DNA of 64,000 nt. It comes from Octopus sinensis. Lineage: Eukaryota. The notes under the pieces are model-generated. The model searched no databases. It was not told the DNA's origin and saw only the letters and a list, made by a program, of their open reading frames with translations. The stretch spans positions 38,874,001 through 38,938,000 of the forward strand of contig NC_042997.1 of NCBI RefSeq assembly GCF_006345805.1, given 5' to 3'. This document shows, piece after piece, positions 26,799 through 38,310 of this stretch (positions are counted from its first letter, which is position 1; every line of letters begins with the position of its first letter). Both the position numbers and the translations under genes were made by a program.

Positions 26799-28059
26799 AT
26801 TTTTTCTATTCCTGAGCGTTATACTAATACCTGTTGTTTTGTACACCACCTGTCTTCGTCTTTTGTTTTTTCCTCAACTCTCCCTTATATATATGTATAG
26901 TATATTATATATACAATATAATGTATATTTATATATAATATATATATATATATATATAGATATGTATTGTTATATATAGATGTATATGTATATGTATATA
27001 TATATATGTGTGTGGTGTGGTGTGTGTATATATAATATTATATACGTATATATATATATATTACGTATATAAAATATATATACACACACCCACACACACA
27101 CATTATTATATATATACATATACATATACATATATATATATACATATACATATATATATATATATAGTTATATATATATATATATATATATAAATATACA
27201 TATATATATGTATATATATATATACGTGGTTACATATATATAGGGAGAGTTGAGGAAAAAAAACAAAAGACGAAGACAGGTGGTGTACAAAACAAACAGG
27301 TATTAGTATAACGCTCAGGAATAGAAAAAATCTTTTACGTTTTTTTTATATAATATATATATATATATATAATATATCTATATATATATATATATATATA
27401 TATGCGTACAAATATATAAGACATGCTTCCTTCATTTTCCGCCTACGAAATCCACTCACAAGGCCTTGTGTTGTGTGTGTGACTTTCCTAAATCCATTAG
27501 TCTGACGTTTTCGGCACTTCCTCAATTTTGTTTTCTAATTAAACTTTGTAGTAGTACTTAACCCACGCGTTCTGAAGCAAATTGCTAATGGTCTTGGTAA
27601 TAATTTTCTAAAATCCTCAACGACAAACTAAATCAGATTTCTGATGCCATGATATATTTTGGAACATGACATATATCTGTGTGTTTGATTTCGGCTTGTA
27701 TTATGCTATTATTTCAATACTTATTAATCCGTTTTTCTGTCTTCTTTTACGCTGTATATTGCTTTATAAACATAACTGTTTATAAGAAAAATCTTTCACA
27801 ATAAAAATCTTATTTTCCACAATAAGAATAGATTTTTCACAATAAGAAAAATCTTATTTTCTTCGCAATAAGAAAAATCCTTCACAAATCAATCAAACTT
27901 AAATATAAGCGTTTACACGCACACACACATATATATACATATATGTCATCTTGTATTTCAAAATATATTCTTAGTATATTGGATTATTCCAACAGATCAT
28001 AATGTAATGCTTGTATTGCCTTTTTGCATGCCCAGATGATTTTCCACCTAAGGTATTTT

Positions 28060-28150
<91 letters not shown>

Positions 28151-28152
<2 letters not shown>

Positions 28153-29917
28153 GTTTCTTTATTGGCCACACAGGGCTGCACACAGATGGGACAAATTACA
28201 AGGTAGAGCTTTTCTTTTGGGGGATGAAAAAAAAGTGGCATAGGTTTTCGATCAAAAGGGATCGTAAAAGGGAAAAAAGAGAAAAAAGGAAAAAAGGAAA
28301 AGAAGCAAAAGAAAAGAAAAAAGAGGAAAAAATGGGAAGAGGAAAAAAAACGATCAATAGGGATCGTGTATCACAGTGTCATGATGTACGGTGTAAAGGG
28401 GGAAGTAGATAAGGTTTATCCGTGGGAAGAAAAGCCTACGAAAAAGACCACGGTAACCTCGATCAATATTGTTATATGTTACCACCACATTTTGTTTGCA
28501 AGTGGGTAACCCTCTGTTTTCAATTTCTGGTTCAAGGATTATGCTCAAGGTGGCTTCGTCATTCATACGTGCCATCCTTGCTACATTCACCCATCTTTTT
28601 TTAAAACATTCGCTAGACAAAACTTGAAGAAGTTGATGAGAGATTGACCAGAGAGGAAAGTGTTTGTCTCCAATCCTTTCAGACGCGTCCACCAGATACA
28701 TTCTTTCGCCATAGCCACAAGGATGATGAAAATAGCTCTTCCTTCCCGTTTGAAGGAAGGAAGCGTGACAATATTGACGATAGACTCGGCTGATAAACCG
28801 ACTCGTCCAACACGTGACAGCAGTTGTTCGACATAATCCCACATTTCGGAAATTGTTGGACACTGCACGAGCGCGTACAGAACGGTTTCGTCGCTCTGAC
28901 TGCATCTCGGGCAGGTCGGCACTGTGTTTCTCGAGCCGTGTCTGTAGAGCTTATCCCGAACGGGTAGCACTGCCAGGCCAGGGATCTCTGGAAGTTGTCC
29001 ATGAGCCCTGGCCCGAAAGTCGTCCCGAACAGGCGGGTCAGGTATTCCTCGTCGACGTCCAGGTTCGCCCCGAGCTCGTCGTCGTACCTCCCCTCCACTA
29101 ATCCCCTATAGAATGCTTGGGTTGTGATGGAGTCACTCAAGGTCGACCCGGGACGGCAGAGTTGCTTGAGAGCAACGCGACACACGCGGTGCCTTTCGCC
29201 CTTCCTCGGCCTCTTTTTGATCCACAACTGCAGTTCGGTCATGGAGACGAGCTGCGGGAAAGCATGCCTCACAAACGGCGACCACACCTGTTCACCGTCG
29301 TCTACGAAGAGCCTGAGATGTCGCAGTCTCAGCGCGTGTCTGCGCATCATCAACCACGGCATGCCCAGTCCTCCTTTTTAACGGGTGTTGACAGAAAATG
29401 GATCGCCTGACCATCGGGACGCATTCTTTCCACAAGAAGCGAAAGAGAATGCGTTCTAGTTTGGTGATGGTAGGGTCGGGACAAGGCACGACGGTCAGGC
29501 GGTAGTAGATGACGGACGCGATGTATGTGTTCGCCACCTTCGCCCGACCTTTTAGGGACAGTTTCCTCTCGGCCCATTGCCAGGCGAGAGTGACGAGTAG
29601 GGTCTAGACACTTCCGAAAAAGTACCACGGTACCACCTCCGCGCATTCGCCACAGACACGGAGGAAGATAAATGTTGAATTGTCCGCCGAAAATGTGCTG
29701 GAGTATCCGCAGGTTATGGAGTCTGGTCTCACTGATGGCTATGATATGCACATTCTGTGACTTGATGTCATTTAACAAGTAGCCTTGTTTCCAAGGTGAC
29801 CCTAAGTCACGGACATTTATACAACCTATTCTAGGCATGTTCCTATTGAAAGTTGTGCTTTACACACGAAAGAGAAAGAATGAAAGAGAGTCGCTTACTG
29901 TTCGAAAGCTGGTTGTT
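28151..29917 (-). mobile_element. L1/Tx1-clade LINE derivative lacking most of the endonuclease and all of the RT, inserted in (GATA)n
   Basis: The ORF starts at 29838 with MPRIGCINVR.LG...IIAISETRL (APE N-terminus) and jumps at ~29598 to WQWAERKLSLKGRAKVAN...FLWK...GGLGMP...CPRCSQSDETV (post-RT and zinc finger). The 3' UTR carries AATAAA just before (ATCT)n, and (GATA)n lies on both flanks. Confidence 0.88.
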
Positions 29918-29997
<80 letters not shown>

Positions 29998-30137
29998 CAG
30001 ATGCATAGATAGATATATAGGTAGGTAGGTAAGTAGGTAGATAGATAGATAGGTAGGTAGGTAGGTAGGTAGGTAGGTAGGTAAGTAGTTATGCAGACAG
30101 ACAGACATACAGACAGACAGACAGATAGATAGATAGG

Positions 30138-30212
<75 letters not shown>
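29918..30212. repeat. (GATA)/(GGTA)/(GACA) microsatellite
   Basis: Direct reading; a matching (GATA)n lies at 28060-28150. Confidence 0.95.
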
Positions 30213-30465
30213 GCAGAGAAAGTGAAGCGTATGTTTATGAAAAAACTATGTATGTGAAAATGTATCTCAACCAGTGCGTCGAGTAGTGAAGTGTGAAAAA
30301 AGTGTTTTCATGTATATATTTAAAAGTAAACGAGTTCATGACGGTACGGCACTAAAGTACACATATGTGTTTAATGGAAGAATGTGTTTATGCATGTGTG
30401 CTTTGTGCGCTATCTGCATATATGAAAGTATGTGTGTGTGTGCTTGTTCCTGTGCGTGTGTTGCA

Positions 30466-30503
<38 letters not shown>

Positions 30504-30836
30504 TATATAACATATATATATATAATAGATTATTAGATATATATATAATATATTAAAATATATATATATAAAATATATATATAGATATAGATATATATAT
30601 ATATATCTAGATATTAGATATAGATATAAATATAGATATATATATATATATTATATAGATATAGATATATATATATATATATATAGATATATATAATATA
30701 TAGATATAGATATAGATATAGATATATATATTATATCTTATATATAGTAGATATATATATAGATATATAATATATAATAGATTATAATATATATAGTTAT
30801 TATATATATATATATATATCTATATATATATTATAT

Positions 30837-30869
<33 letters not shown>

Positions 30870-31322
30870 TATATGGGATATATATATAATATATATATAT
30901 TATAATATATGTATATGTATATGTATATGATGGAAACAGCTGTTGCTTCATGTACTGCAAAAATATAGAACTTTATAATGGTTTGAGTTGTTCAAGCGTC
31001 CTTAATAATTCCTAAGATTATCACGCTTTTCCTTAGATTATTACTATTCAACAGCTGGCCTTGTACTCACACATAAGCATACATTCATACATACGCATAT
31101 GTGTGTGTGTGTATGCGTGTATATAATATAATATATACATAATTACATTCATAAACAAATATACACACATACTTCATTCATTTTTATATACTTCATATCT
31201 ATTTAATTAACTCATATATCTACACAAGCGGGACCCGTGAGAGAATTTTACGTTTTATAATTTTTTTTTTCTATCCTGATGCATAGACTTCTAAGTCTTC
31301 ATAACCATACTACATTATAATA

Positions 31323-31554
31323 GGCGGCGAGCTGGCAGAACCGTTAGCATGCCGGGCGAAATGCGTAGCCGTATTTCGTCCGCCGTTACGTTCTGAGTTC
31401 AAATTCCGCCGAGGTCGACTTTGCCTTTCATCCTATCGGAGTCGATAAATAAAGTACCAGTTACGCACTGGGGTCGATGTAATCGAGTTAATCCCTTTGT
31501 CTGTCCTTGTTTGTCCCCTCTATGTTTAGCCCCTTGTGGGCAGTAAAGAAATAG
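31323..31554 (+). mobile_element. SINE family B
   Basis: Full copy with an ACATTATAATA duplication. Confidence 0.9.
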
Positions 31555-32168
31555 ACATTATAATAAGAAATTCAATTGTTATCGATTTCTTTCCATAGCT
31601 AAGCTTGTTTAATGCGTAACACTCGAACATACGTATACAGGAACAAAGTATATTGGAACAACGTAGAATGTTTTGCTGTTACTACAACTGCTGTTATTGT
31701 TGTCGGTGTTGTTTCTCTCGCTGTCATCATCATCATCGCTATTGTTTTCGTCATCGTTGCTTTCATTTTTCAATTTTTAGCGAACAAATCGACGGCACTT
31801 AGATTATCGTCCAAGCGAATTGCGAAGAACTACAGGTCCATTGTTCACTTTTTACTATGCCAAAGCTTAATAAAGAAACAGACTGTACCCACTGGCAAGC
31901 AGTGGTTTGTCGTCTGTAACTGTCGTAATAGTCCGGTATATTGTTTTTCTTTCATTATCCAGTCAGGCTTTTGTATCTGATTAGAATGGATGCACTGAAT
32001 ATAGTACGCGAATAAGAAAAACCTCAGTCAATTGAAATTTCCCTCTTTATTAAAAACAGAAAATAAATATCTAGCGACAGTTTAGTAACTCCCTAAGAAA
32101 AGGGAGATAATTTAAAATTATTTAAGTAACAACCCTGACTTTTTTGTATATGCAAGACTACTTTAGCC

Positions 32169-32370
32169 CAGTGCTTTTCAAACTTTTTGCTGGAGCGGAA
32201 CCCCAAGGAAGTAATTCCACTGGCTCGAGGAACCCCTGTGCAATAATTTGATAGTCTTCTGCACACATATCTGCACAGGAGAATTAAAAATTACTGCCGA
32301 TTTTAGCAGTTTTGTAACTTCTTGCGGAATCCCCGGACTGTACTGGCGGAACCCTGGTTGAAAACCACTG
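32169..32370. mobile_element. hAT-type MITE (202 bp)
   Basis: TIRs CAGTGCTTTTCAA / TTGAAAACCACTG; 8-bp TSD CTTTAGCC / CTTTAGTC. Confidence 0.88.
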
Positions 32371-33000
32371 CTTTAGTCAATATGTCGTCCCAGAGTGAGG
32401 GCGCGTGGCTTAGTGGTTAGGGCATTTGGCTCATGATCGTAAGGTTGTGAGTTCGATTCCCGGCGACGCGTTGTGTCCTGAGCAAAACACTTTATCACTT
32501 GCTCCAGTCCACTCAGCTGGCAAAAATGAGTTTTACTTGTATTTCAAAGGGTTCAGCCTGTCACTCTCTGTGTCACGCTGATTATCCCCGAGAACTACGT
32601 TAAGGGTACACGTGTCTGTGGAATGCTCAGCCATTTGCACGTTAAGTTCACGAGCAAGCTTTCTGTTGATCGTATCAGCTGGGACCCTCGTCGTCGTAAC
32701 CGGCGGAGTCTTTTATGTCGTCCCAGTGTTGTCTAATGGTTGCACCCATATTCAGAGTGATTGATATAATTTTGAACTAGATATGCAGCTATTTACATTC
32801 TGAGATGGGTTGTAATGTCCATTGTAATTATGTTTATCAGCGATGTGTACGACACATACGCTGATAAACATAATTACAAATGACATTACAACCCATACTC
32901 AGAATGTGAATAGCTGCATATCTAGTTCAAACTTATATAAATCACTCTGAAATATGGGTGCAACCATTAGACAACACTGGGACGACATATTGACTAAAGC
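32370..33000. repeat. Fold-back palindrome (arms ~150 bp, 3-nt loop at 32849-32851) with a SINE inserted in its left arm
   Basis: 32852-33000 is the near-perfect reverse complement of 32370-32393 joined to 32727-32848. Confidence 0.9.
32394..32713 (+). mobile_element. SINE family D (own head plus family-C tail)
   Basis: Matches 46654; 13-bp TSD TATGTCGTCCCAG at 32381 and 32714. Confidence 0.92.
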
Positions 33001-33065
33001 AAATTGACTACGTGCGTGCGTAGTTTTACACCATGTGTGAGAACTTTAGTTTATGCGTGTATATA

Positions 33066-33277
33066 TGTGACCTCGTGAGTACCGCTGCTGATTTTTTCCC
33101 TCTGTCTTCCCTTCTCTGTATCTTTCCTTCTCCTATGTTTCCGACGAAGAGCTCCGCTCGAAACGTTAAATCCTCCTTCTTCCCTTCTTTCATGAGCGTC
33201 CAATAATACTATATTTGTTCCACGTCCTCGCGTTGTTGTGTTTTTTTGGGGGTTTTTTTGTGTTTTCTTGTTTGGAT

Positions 33278-33281
<4 letters not shown>
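33066..33281 (+). mobile_element. ~215-bp element with a minimal hammerhead, ending in (TA)n
   Basis: Homologous to 51705-51908; both end TTCTTGTTTGGATTAAC before (TA)n. Confidence 0.8.
33137..33171 (+). ncRNA. Minimal type I hammerhead, Penelope-style (core CCGACGA)
   Basis: GTTT-CCGACGA-A-GAGC(TCC)GCTC-GAAAC-GTT-AAAT; loopless palindromic stem III (AACGTT); U4C variant. Confidence 0.6.
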
Positions 33282-33321
<40 letters not shown>

Positions 33322-33711
33322 CACACTACGTACATTTTAAAGGTGTGGTATACTAAATAATGTGACTACAAGCTCTTCCTTCTTGGCATCTCGGGAATAA
33401 GTTAAAGAACATTTAACCAAAATTCGAAATTCCGGGGTCATTTCGATACCCACGTCATTCTACAGAGGAGTATGAAAATATCTCCTATGTATCATTCCAC
33501 ATCACCACTACATAAGTATATAAATGTAATTTTGAGTATATAATTATTATTAGGTAAACTAATTGCTATAAGCATATATGACTTGGTGAACCAACTGCAT
33601 TATTTTTTATTTCCCAGCTATGCTGGCGATTTAGTTCGTTATTAAAACTTGTTTGACTAACACTACTGTGTAAGTCATTCGCCGTATCACACTAACTGTT
33701 AACATTGGATT

Positions 33712-33893
33712 CAAATTTTGCTACAAAGCCAGCAATTTCGGAGGAGAGGCTCAGTCGATTACATAGACACCAGTACTCAACAGTTACTTATTTTATCCAC
33801 CCCGAAAGGATGAAGGGCAAAGTCGATCCCGACGACTTTTGAACCGCTAAGCATTTTGCCCGTCGCGCAAACAATGCTGATAGCTCGCCGCCA
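33712..33893 (-). mobile_element. Diverged SINE B with third tail type
   Basis: B core plus TTCAAATTTTG..CAAG..CAGCAATTTCG tail; similar copies at ~53925-54070, 55118-55289 and 55358-55572. Confidence 0.7.
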
Positions 33894-34639
33894 TCGTACT
33901 AACAGCTAATATGAATTTCTATCCCAACAGAATTTGTTATTTAATGGGATGATGAAGAGGACTAGTTGTATCCATGACCTCCGAGAATTGTAGGATAAGT
34001 TTCGATTCAGCTTTCACATATATCTATAAGTAGTCGTCTGTATCAAAGACGTGACAGAATAAAAGTTTTATAGAGCTGAAATTCTAAGGAAATGACGTGG
34101 AAAATATTTATGCCAAGATTCTCTGACCCAAATTCACTGATAGAGAGCACAACTAGCTTTCATACCAAAAGCATAAACTGATGGAATATTTCATACTTTT
34201 CTGTGCACTGCGCCCCTAAAACACAGCATGAGAAGGCAAGATGATTGTCCCGGATGCTTGGACAATGGCGAAGTTCAACAGATAGGTAAAAAGCATAAGA
34301 ATAAACAAAAATACTAAAAGACTTTTCCAGCTTTTCTGCTACAACCGCGACCTAAATATTAGAGGCATCTTGATAAAAAAAAACTGATATTGACTCGTTC
34401 AGGTCTTTCTCTACTTAGCAACGCAAATGTATCATTCAAAAAGTATTATCTCAAAAGAAACACGACTATCTATAAATGGATATAAATGGATAAATAATCT
34501 AATCTCATATATTTCTAGGAATTGATTCTGGAAGAGGATATTATTTCATTGCAGATATCAGCAAGGGATTATCTCTCACTTGATTGGCATCGGCATTTGT
34601 TGACACAGCTTTGTTCTGATTGAGTTTGTGTAGTTGCTG

Positions 34640-34681
34640 TGCGTATATTTTACTATATATATATATATATATAATAATATA

Positions 34682-34722
<41 letters not shown>

Positions 34723-35101
34723 GATATATATATATATAATATATAATATATATATATGTGTGTATATATATATGTATATATTATATATATATATATATAT
34801 AGATATATATATACATATATATATACACATATATAGATATTATATACTATATATATATATAACTATATAGTATATATATATATATATATTTATATTATAT
34901 TATATATATATTAATATATATATATATATATACATATTATATACACATATATATATATATATATTATATATATTGATATATATATATATATATTGATATA
35001 TATATTTATATATATATATATATTATATATATTGATATATATATATATATATATATTCTATATATATATATATATATGTCATATATATATATATATATAT
35101 C

Positions 35102-35153
<52 letters not shown>

Positions 35154-35326
35154 TCAATATATATATTAAATATATATATATTTATATATATATATATTTA
35201 CGTTTAATATTTTTGTTGTGCAAGATTTTTTATTGGCTAAACCTGGCAATATGACCATTCCGAAATATAACAATATATATATTTATATATACATATATAT
35301 ATATACGTATATATATATATATATAC

Positions 35327-35390
<64 letters not shown>
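34640..35390. repeat. (TA)n and (AAT)n microsatellites
   Basis: Direct reading. Similar TA tracts lie at 23770-24215, 30470-30930, 41955-42690 and 58050-58200. Confidence 0.95.
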
Positions 35391-35391
<1 letters not shown>

Positions 35392-35540
35392 GGTAAAATT
35401 GACTAATTAATTAATTAATAATTAATAATTTTACCAAGTAGTTCGGTATGTTAAAATAACCTTTATCGGTAACCTTATGCAAAAATTCTAAAATTATGTT
35501 ATAGAATTTTTCTATGTATATATATATGTATGTATGCATG

Positions 35541-35574
<34 letters not shown>

Positions 35575-35611
35575 TTTATGCATGTATGTATGTATGTATA
35601 TTTGTATGTAT

Positions 35612-36634
35612 GCCTTCAGTTGCTACGATGACCACCCTTGCTAGCTATGCAGATGACACAAAAGTTCCCACGCAATACAAAACCCTGAAAATATTGCGCA
35701 TCTGCAAACATGAGTGGACACAATATACAGGTGGGTGAGGACAACAACATGCAGTTTAATGCAGGTAAGTTCCAGGCCCTGCGCTACTGGCACACAAAGG
35801 TAAATGACGTGAAGACTGGATACACTGGCCCAGGAAGAATTGCAATCCCTGAGTCAAAATCAGTGCGTGACCTGGGCTTGACATGAGCAATGATGCATCT
35901 TTCCAAATGCATATTGCTAATCTGGTGATAAAATGCAGACGGCTAGCTGGATGGATTCTCCGAACTTTCAGAACAAGAGAGAAGGAGACACTGATGGTCC
36001 TATGGAAAACATTCGTCCTCAGCCGCTTGGACTACTGCTCCCAACTTTGGTCACCACACAATATAAAACAAACAGCAGAAACTCGAAGCAATTCAGAGAA
36101 GCTACACAAGAAAAATCGTCTCAATGCAAAATATCAGCTACTGGGAAAGACTGAAGGTATTAAACCTCTTCTCCCTAGAGCGGAGGCGGGAGAGATATGC
36201 AGTGATATACATCTGGAAAATCCTAGAGGTATTGTCCCAAACCTTGGCATTCAAAGTTACTCCAACCGCAGAACGGGGCGCCGCTGCGTGGTGCCAAGGA
36301 TTCCAACATCACCATCAAAATACAGGTCCAGATACTGCAACAGCTTGGGTTTCAGAGGACCACAGCTCTTTAACATCCTCCCTAAATGCCTGAGAGACTT
36401 ACATGGTGTGGATGTGGGTTTCTTTAAAACTAAACTGGATCTCTTCTTGTTGGGAATCCCAGATGAACCTACCTCACGACAGGAGACGCGGATGCGGGCA
36501 GCAGCATCGAACTCCCTTGTTGATCAAGTGCCACGTATCAGAGGTGGATTCACAAACTAGTGTAGCTCATTCAGCGGTGGCGCCCCAGCATGGCCGCGGC
36601 CTTCGGGCTAAAACATTTTTAAGGTTTAAGGATT
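35612..36634 (+). mobile_element. CR1-group LINE, 5'-truncated at the RT YADD motif
   Basis: ASYADDTKV...NMQFNAGKFQ...VRDLG...LDYCSQLWSPH...LERRRERY...GPQLFNILP...LDLFLLGIPDEP...NSLVDQ. The 3' UTR reads CCAGCATGGCC, hairpin, AAAACA. A few frameshifts. Confidence 0.92.
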
Positions 36635-36894
36635 TATGTATGTATGTATACATATATATGTGTGCATATATAATATCTTATTTGTATATGGAAGGTATAT
36701 GTATGTATTATGAATATATTTGTCTGTATGTGCGTATGTATATCTATATGTACATATTTTGTGTATGCCTGTTTATACATCTATATATGTGTTTAAATGT
36801 GTATGTATATACACACACATACATACATACATGTATGTGTGTGTGCGCGCGTGTGTGTGTGTGCTGTGTGTGTGTGTGTGTATGTGTGTGTGTG

Positions 36895-36971
<77 letters not shown>

Positions 36972-37044
36972 TGCGTGTGTGTGCATGTCGTTGATGTTAA
37001 CTGTTCTGTTCAAACCACTTCTCTGAACAAAATGCCTTCGACAG

Positions 37045-37307
37045 CAAGCCAGTTGGCATCGCCCCACCACCACCACCACCACCACTATCACCACCAGCAG
37101 AGTGCCTCTCTTACTCTTCACGCCAAGAACTCGGAGTGGTGTGCAAGAGTGCATGGAGCCCGTTCAACGATGAGGTTGGTCCACAAGAACAGCTCACTTG
37201 CTTCTTGACACCTAAAGATTGTCTTAAGATAGAAGCAATCTTTGATCCTACTGTGCAGCCTTTAAGACAAGTGATTTTCACCGTAGCCCCAGGTTCCCAT
37301 AAGTTTT
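37045..37307 (+). CDS. Candidate internal exon of an unidentified host gene (proline-rich segment)
   Basis: Stop-free frame KPVGIAPPPPPPPLSPPAECLSYSSRQELGVVCKSAWSPFNDEVGPQEQLTCFLTPKDCLKIEAIFDPTVQPLRQVIFTVAPGSHKF. It ends exactly at a consensus GTGAGT donor (37308). The acceptor is ambiguous (AG at 37044, 37048 or 37052). Confidence 0.5.
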
Positions 37308-37323
37308 GTGAGTAAAACTGAAT

Positions 37324-37710
37324 CTGTGTGGTAAGTAGCGTGTTTACCAACCACATAGTTCCGGGTTCAGTCCCACTGCGTGGCACCTTGGAAAGTGTCT
37401 TCTACTATAGCTTCGAGCTGAACAAAGCCTTGTGAGTGGATTTGGTAGACGGAAACTGAAAAGAAGCCCGTCGTATATATGTATATATATATATATGCGT
37501 GTGTGTGTTTGTGTGTCTGTGTTTGTCCCCCTAGCATTGCTTGACAACCGATGCTGGTGTGTTTATGTCCCCGTTACTAAGCGGTTCGGCAAAAGAGACC
37601 AATAGAATAAGTACTGGGCTTACAAAAGAATAAGTCCCCGGGGTCGAGTTGCTCGATTAAAGGCAGTGCTCCAGCATGGCCGCAGTCAAATGACTGAAAC
37701 AAGTATAAGA
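37324..37710 (+). mobile_element. SINE family A
   Basis: Near-full copy. Confidence 0.9.
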
Positions 37711-38201
37711 GAGAGAGAGAGAAAGAGTAAACGGAAAGTGCACGGAAGCCTGTCGGATGTACCAGTATACCGAGGATGTTGCTTCGCTAACTTTTGTTAC
37801 GCTGATTCTATGAGAATTACATTAAGAGAATTTACACCTGTGAAATTCTCACTTACTTCGCACGCTAATTAAATATGTAGGTCACCCGATTGATAAAACA
37901 AGACGCTCATACATAGAAGTCATGGGGAGAGTCGATAAGTTAGTGTGTGTGTGTGTGTATGTACATAAAGATAAGTAGATAAATAGATAGATATGTATAT
38001 ACATATATATGCACAGATACACACACACACATATACGTCTGTGTGTACGTAAGTATATATTTTGTATGAATAAATAAATACATATACGAATCTGTATGAA
38101 CAATTTTCTAAATATATATACTCTGATCACAGATAGATATATAGATATATAAAGTACGATTTATTCGTGATCAGAGTTGTTCGAAAACTTAGTAACTACT
38201 G

Positions 38202-38239
<38 letters not shown>

Positions 38240-38310
38240 TATATAATATATATAAGTACATATAATTTTATTTATGTATTATGTATTTATGTATGTGTCT
38301 TAGACGTATA

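Larger units (their letters stand above)
22898..27972. repeat. Tandem triplication; units start at 22898, 24813 and 26403
   Basis: The same ordered blocks recur three times; junctions share the 3-nt microhomology CTT. Periods are 1915, 1590 and 1567 bp. Confidence 0.9.

Noticed and set aside
27975-28052. Exon-like segment bounded by TTCTTAG and AAG|GTATTT
   Set aside because: All three frames contain stops unless an indel error is assumed.
34227-34285. Short exon candidate (MRRQDDCPGCLDNGEVQQI, G|GTAAAA)
   Set aside because: At 59 bp it is too short to tell from chance, and its phase fits the 37-kb exon only with a weaker acceptor.
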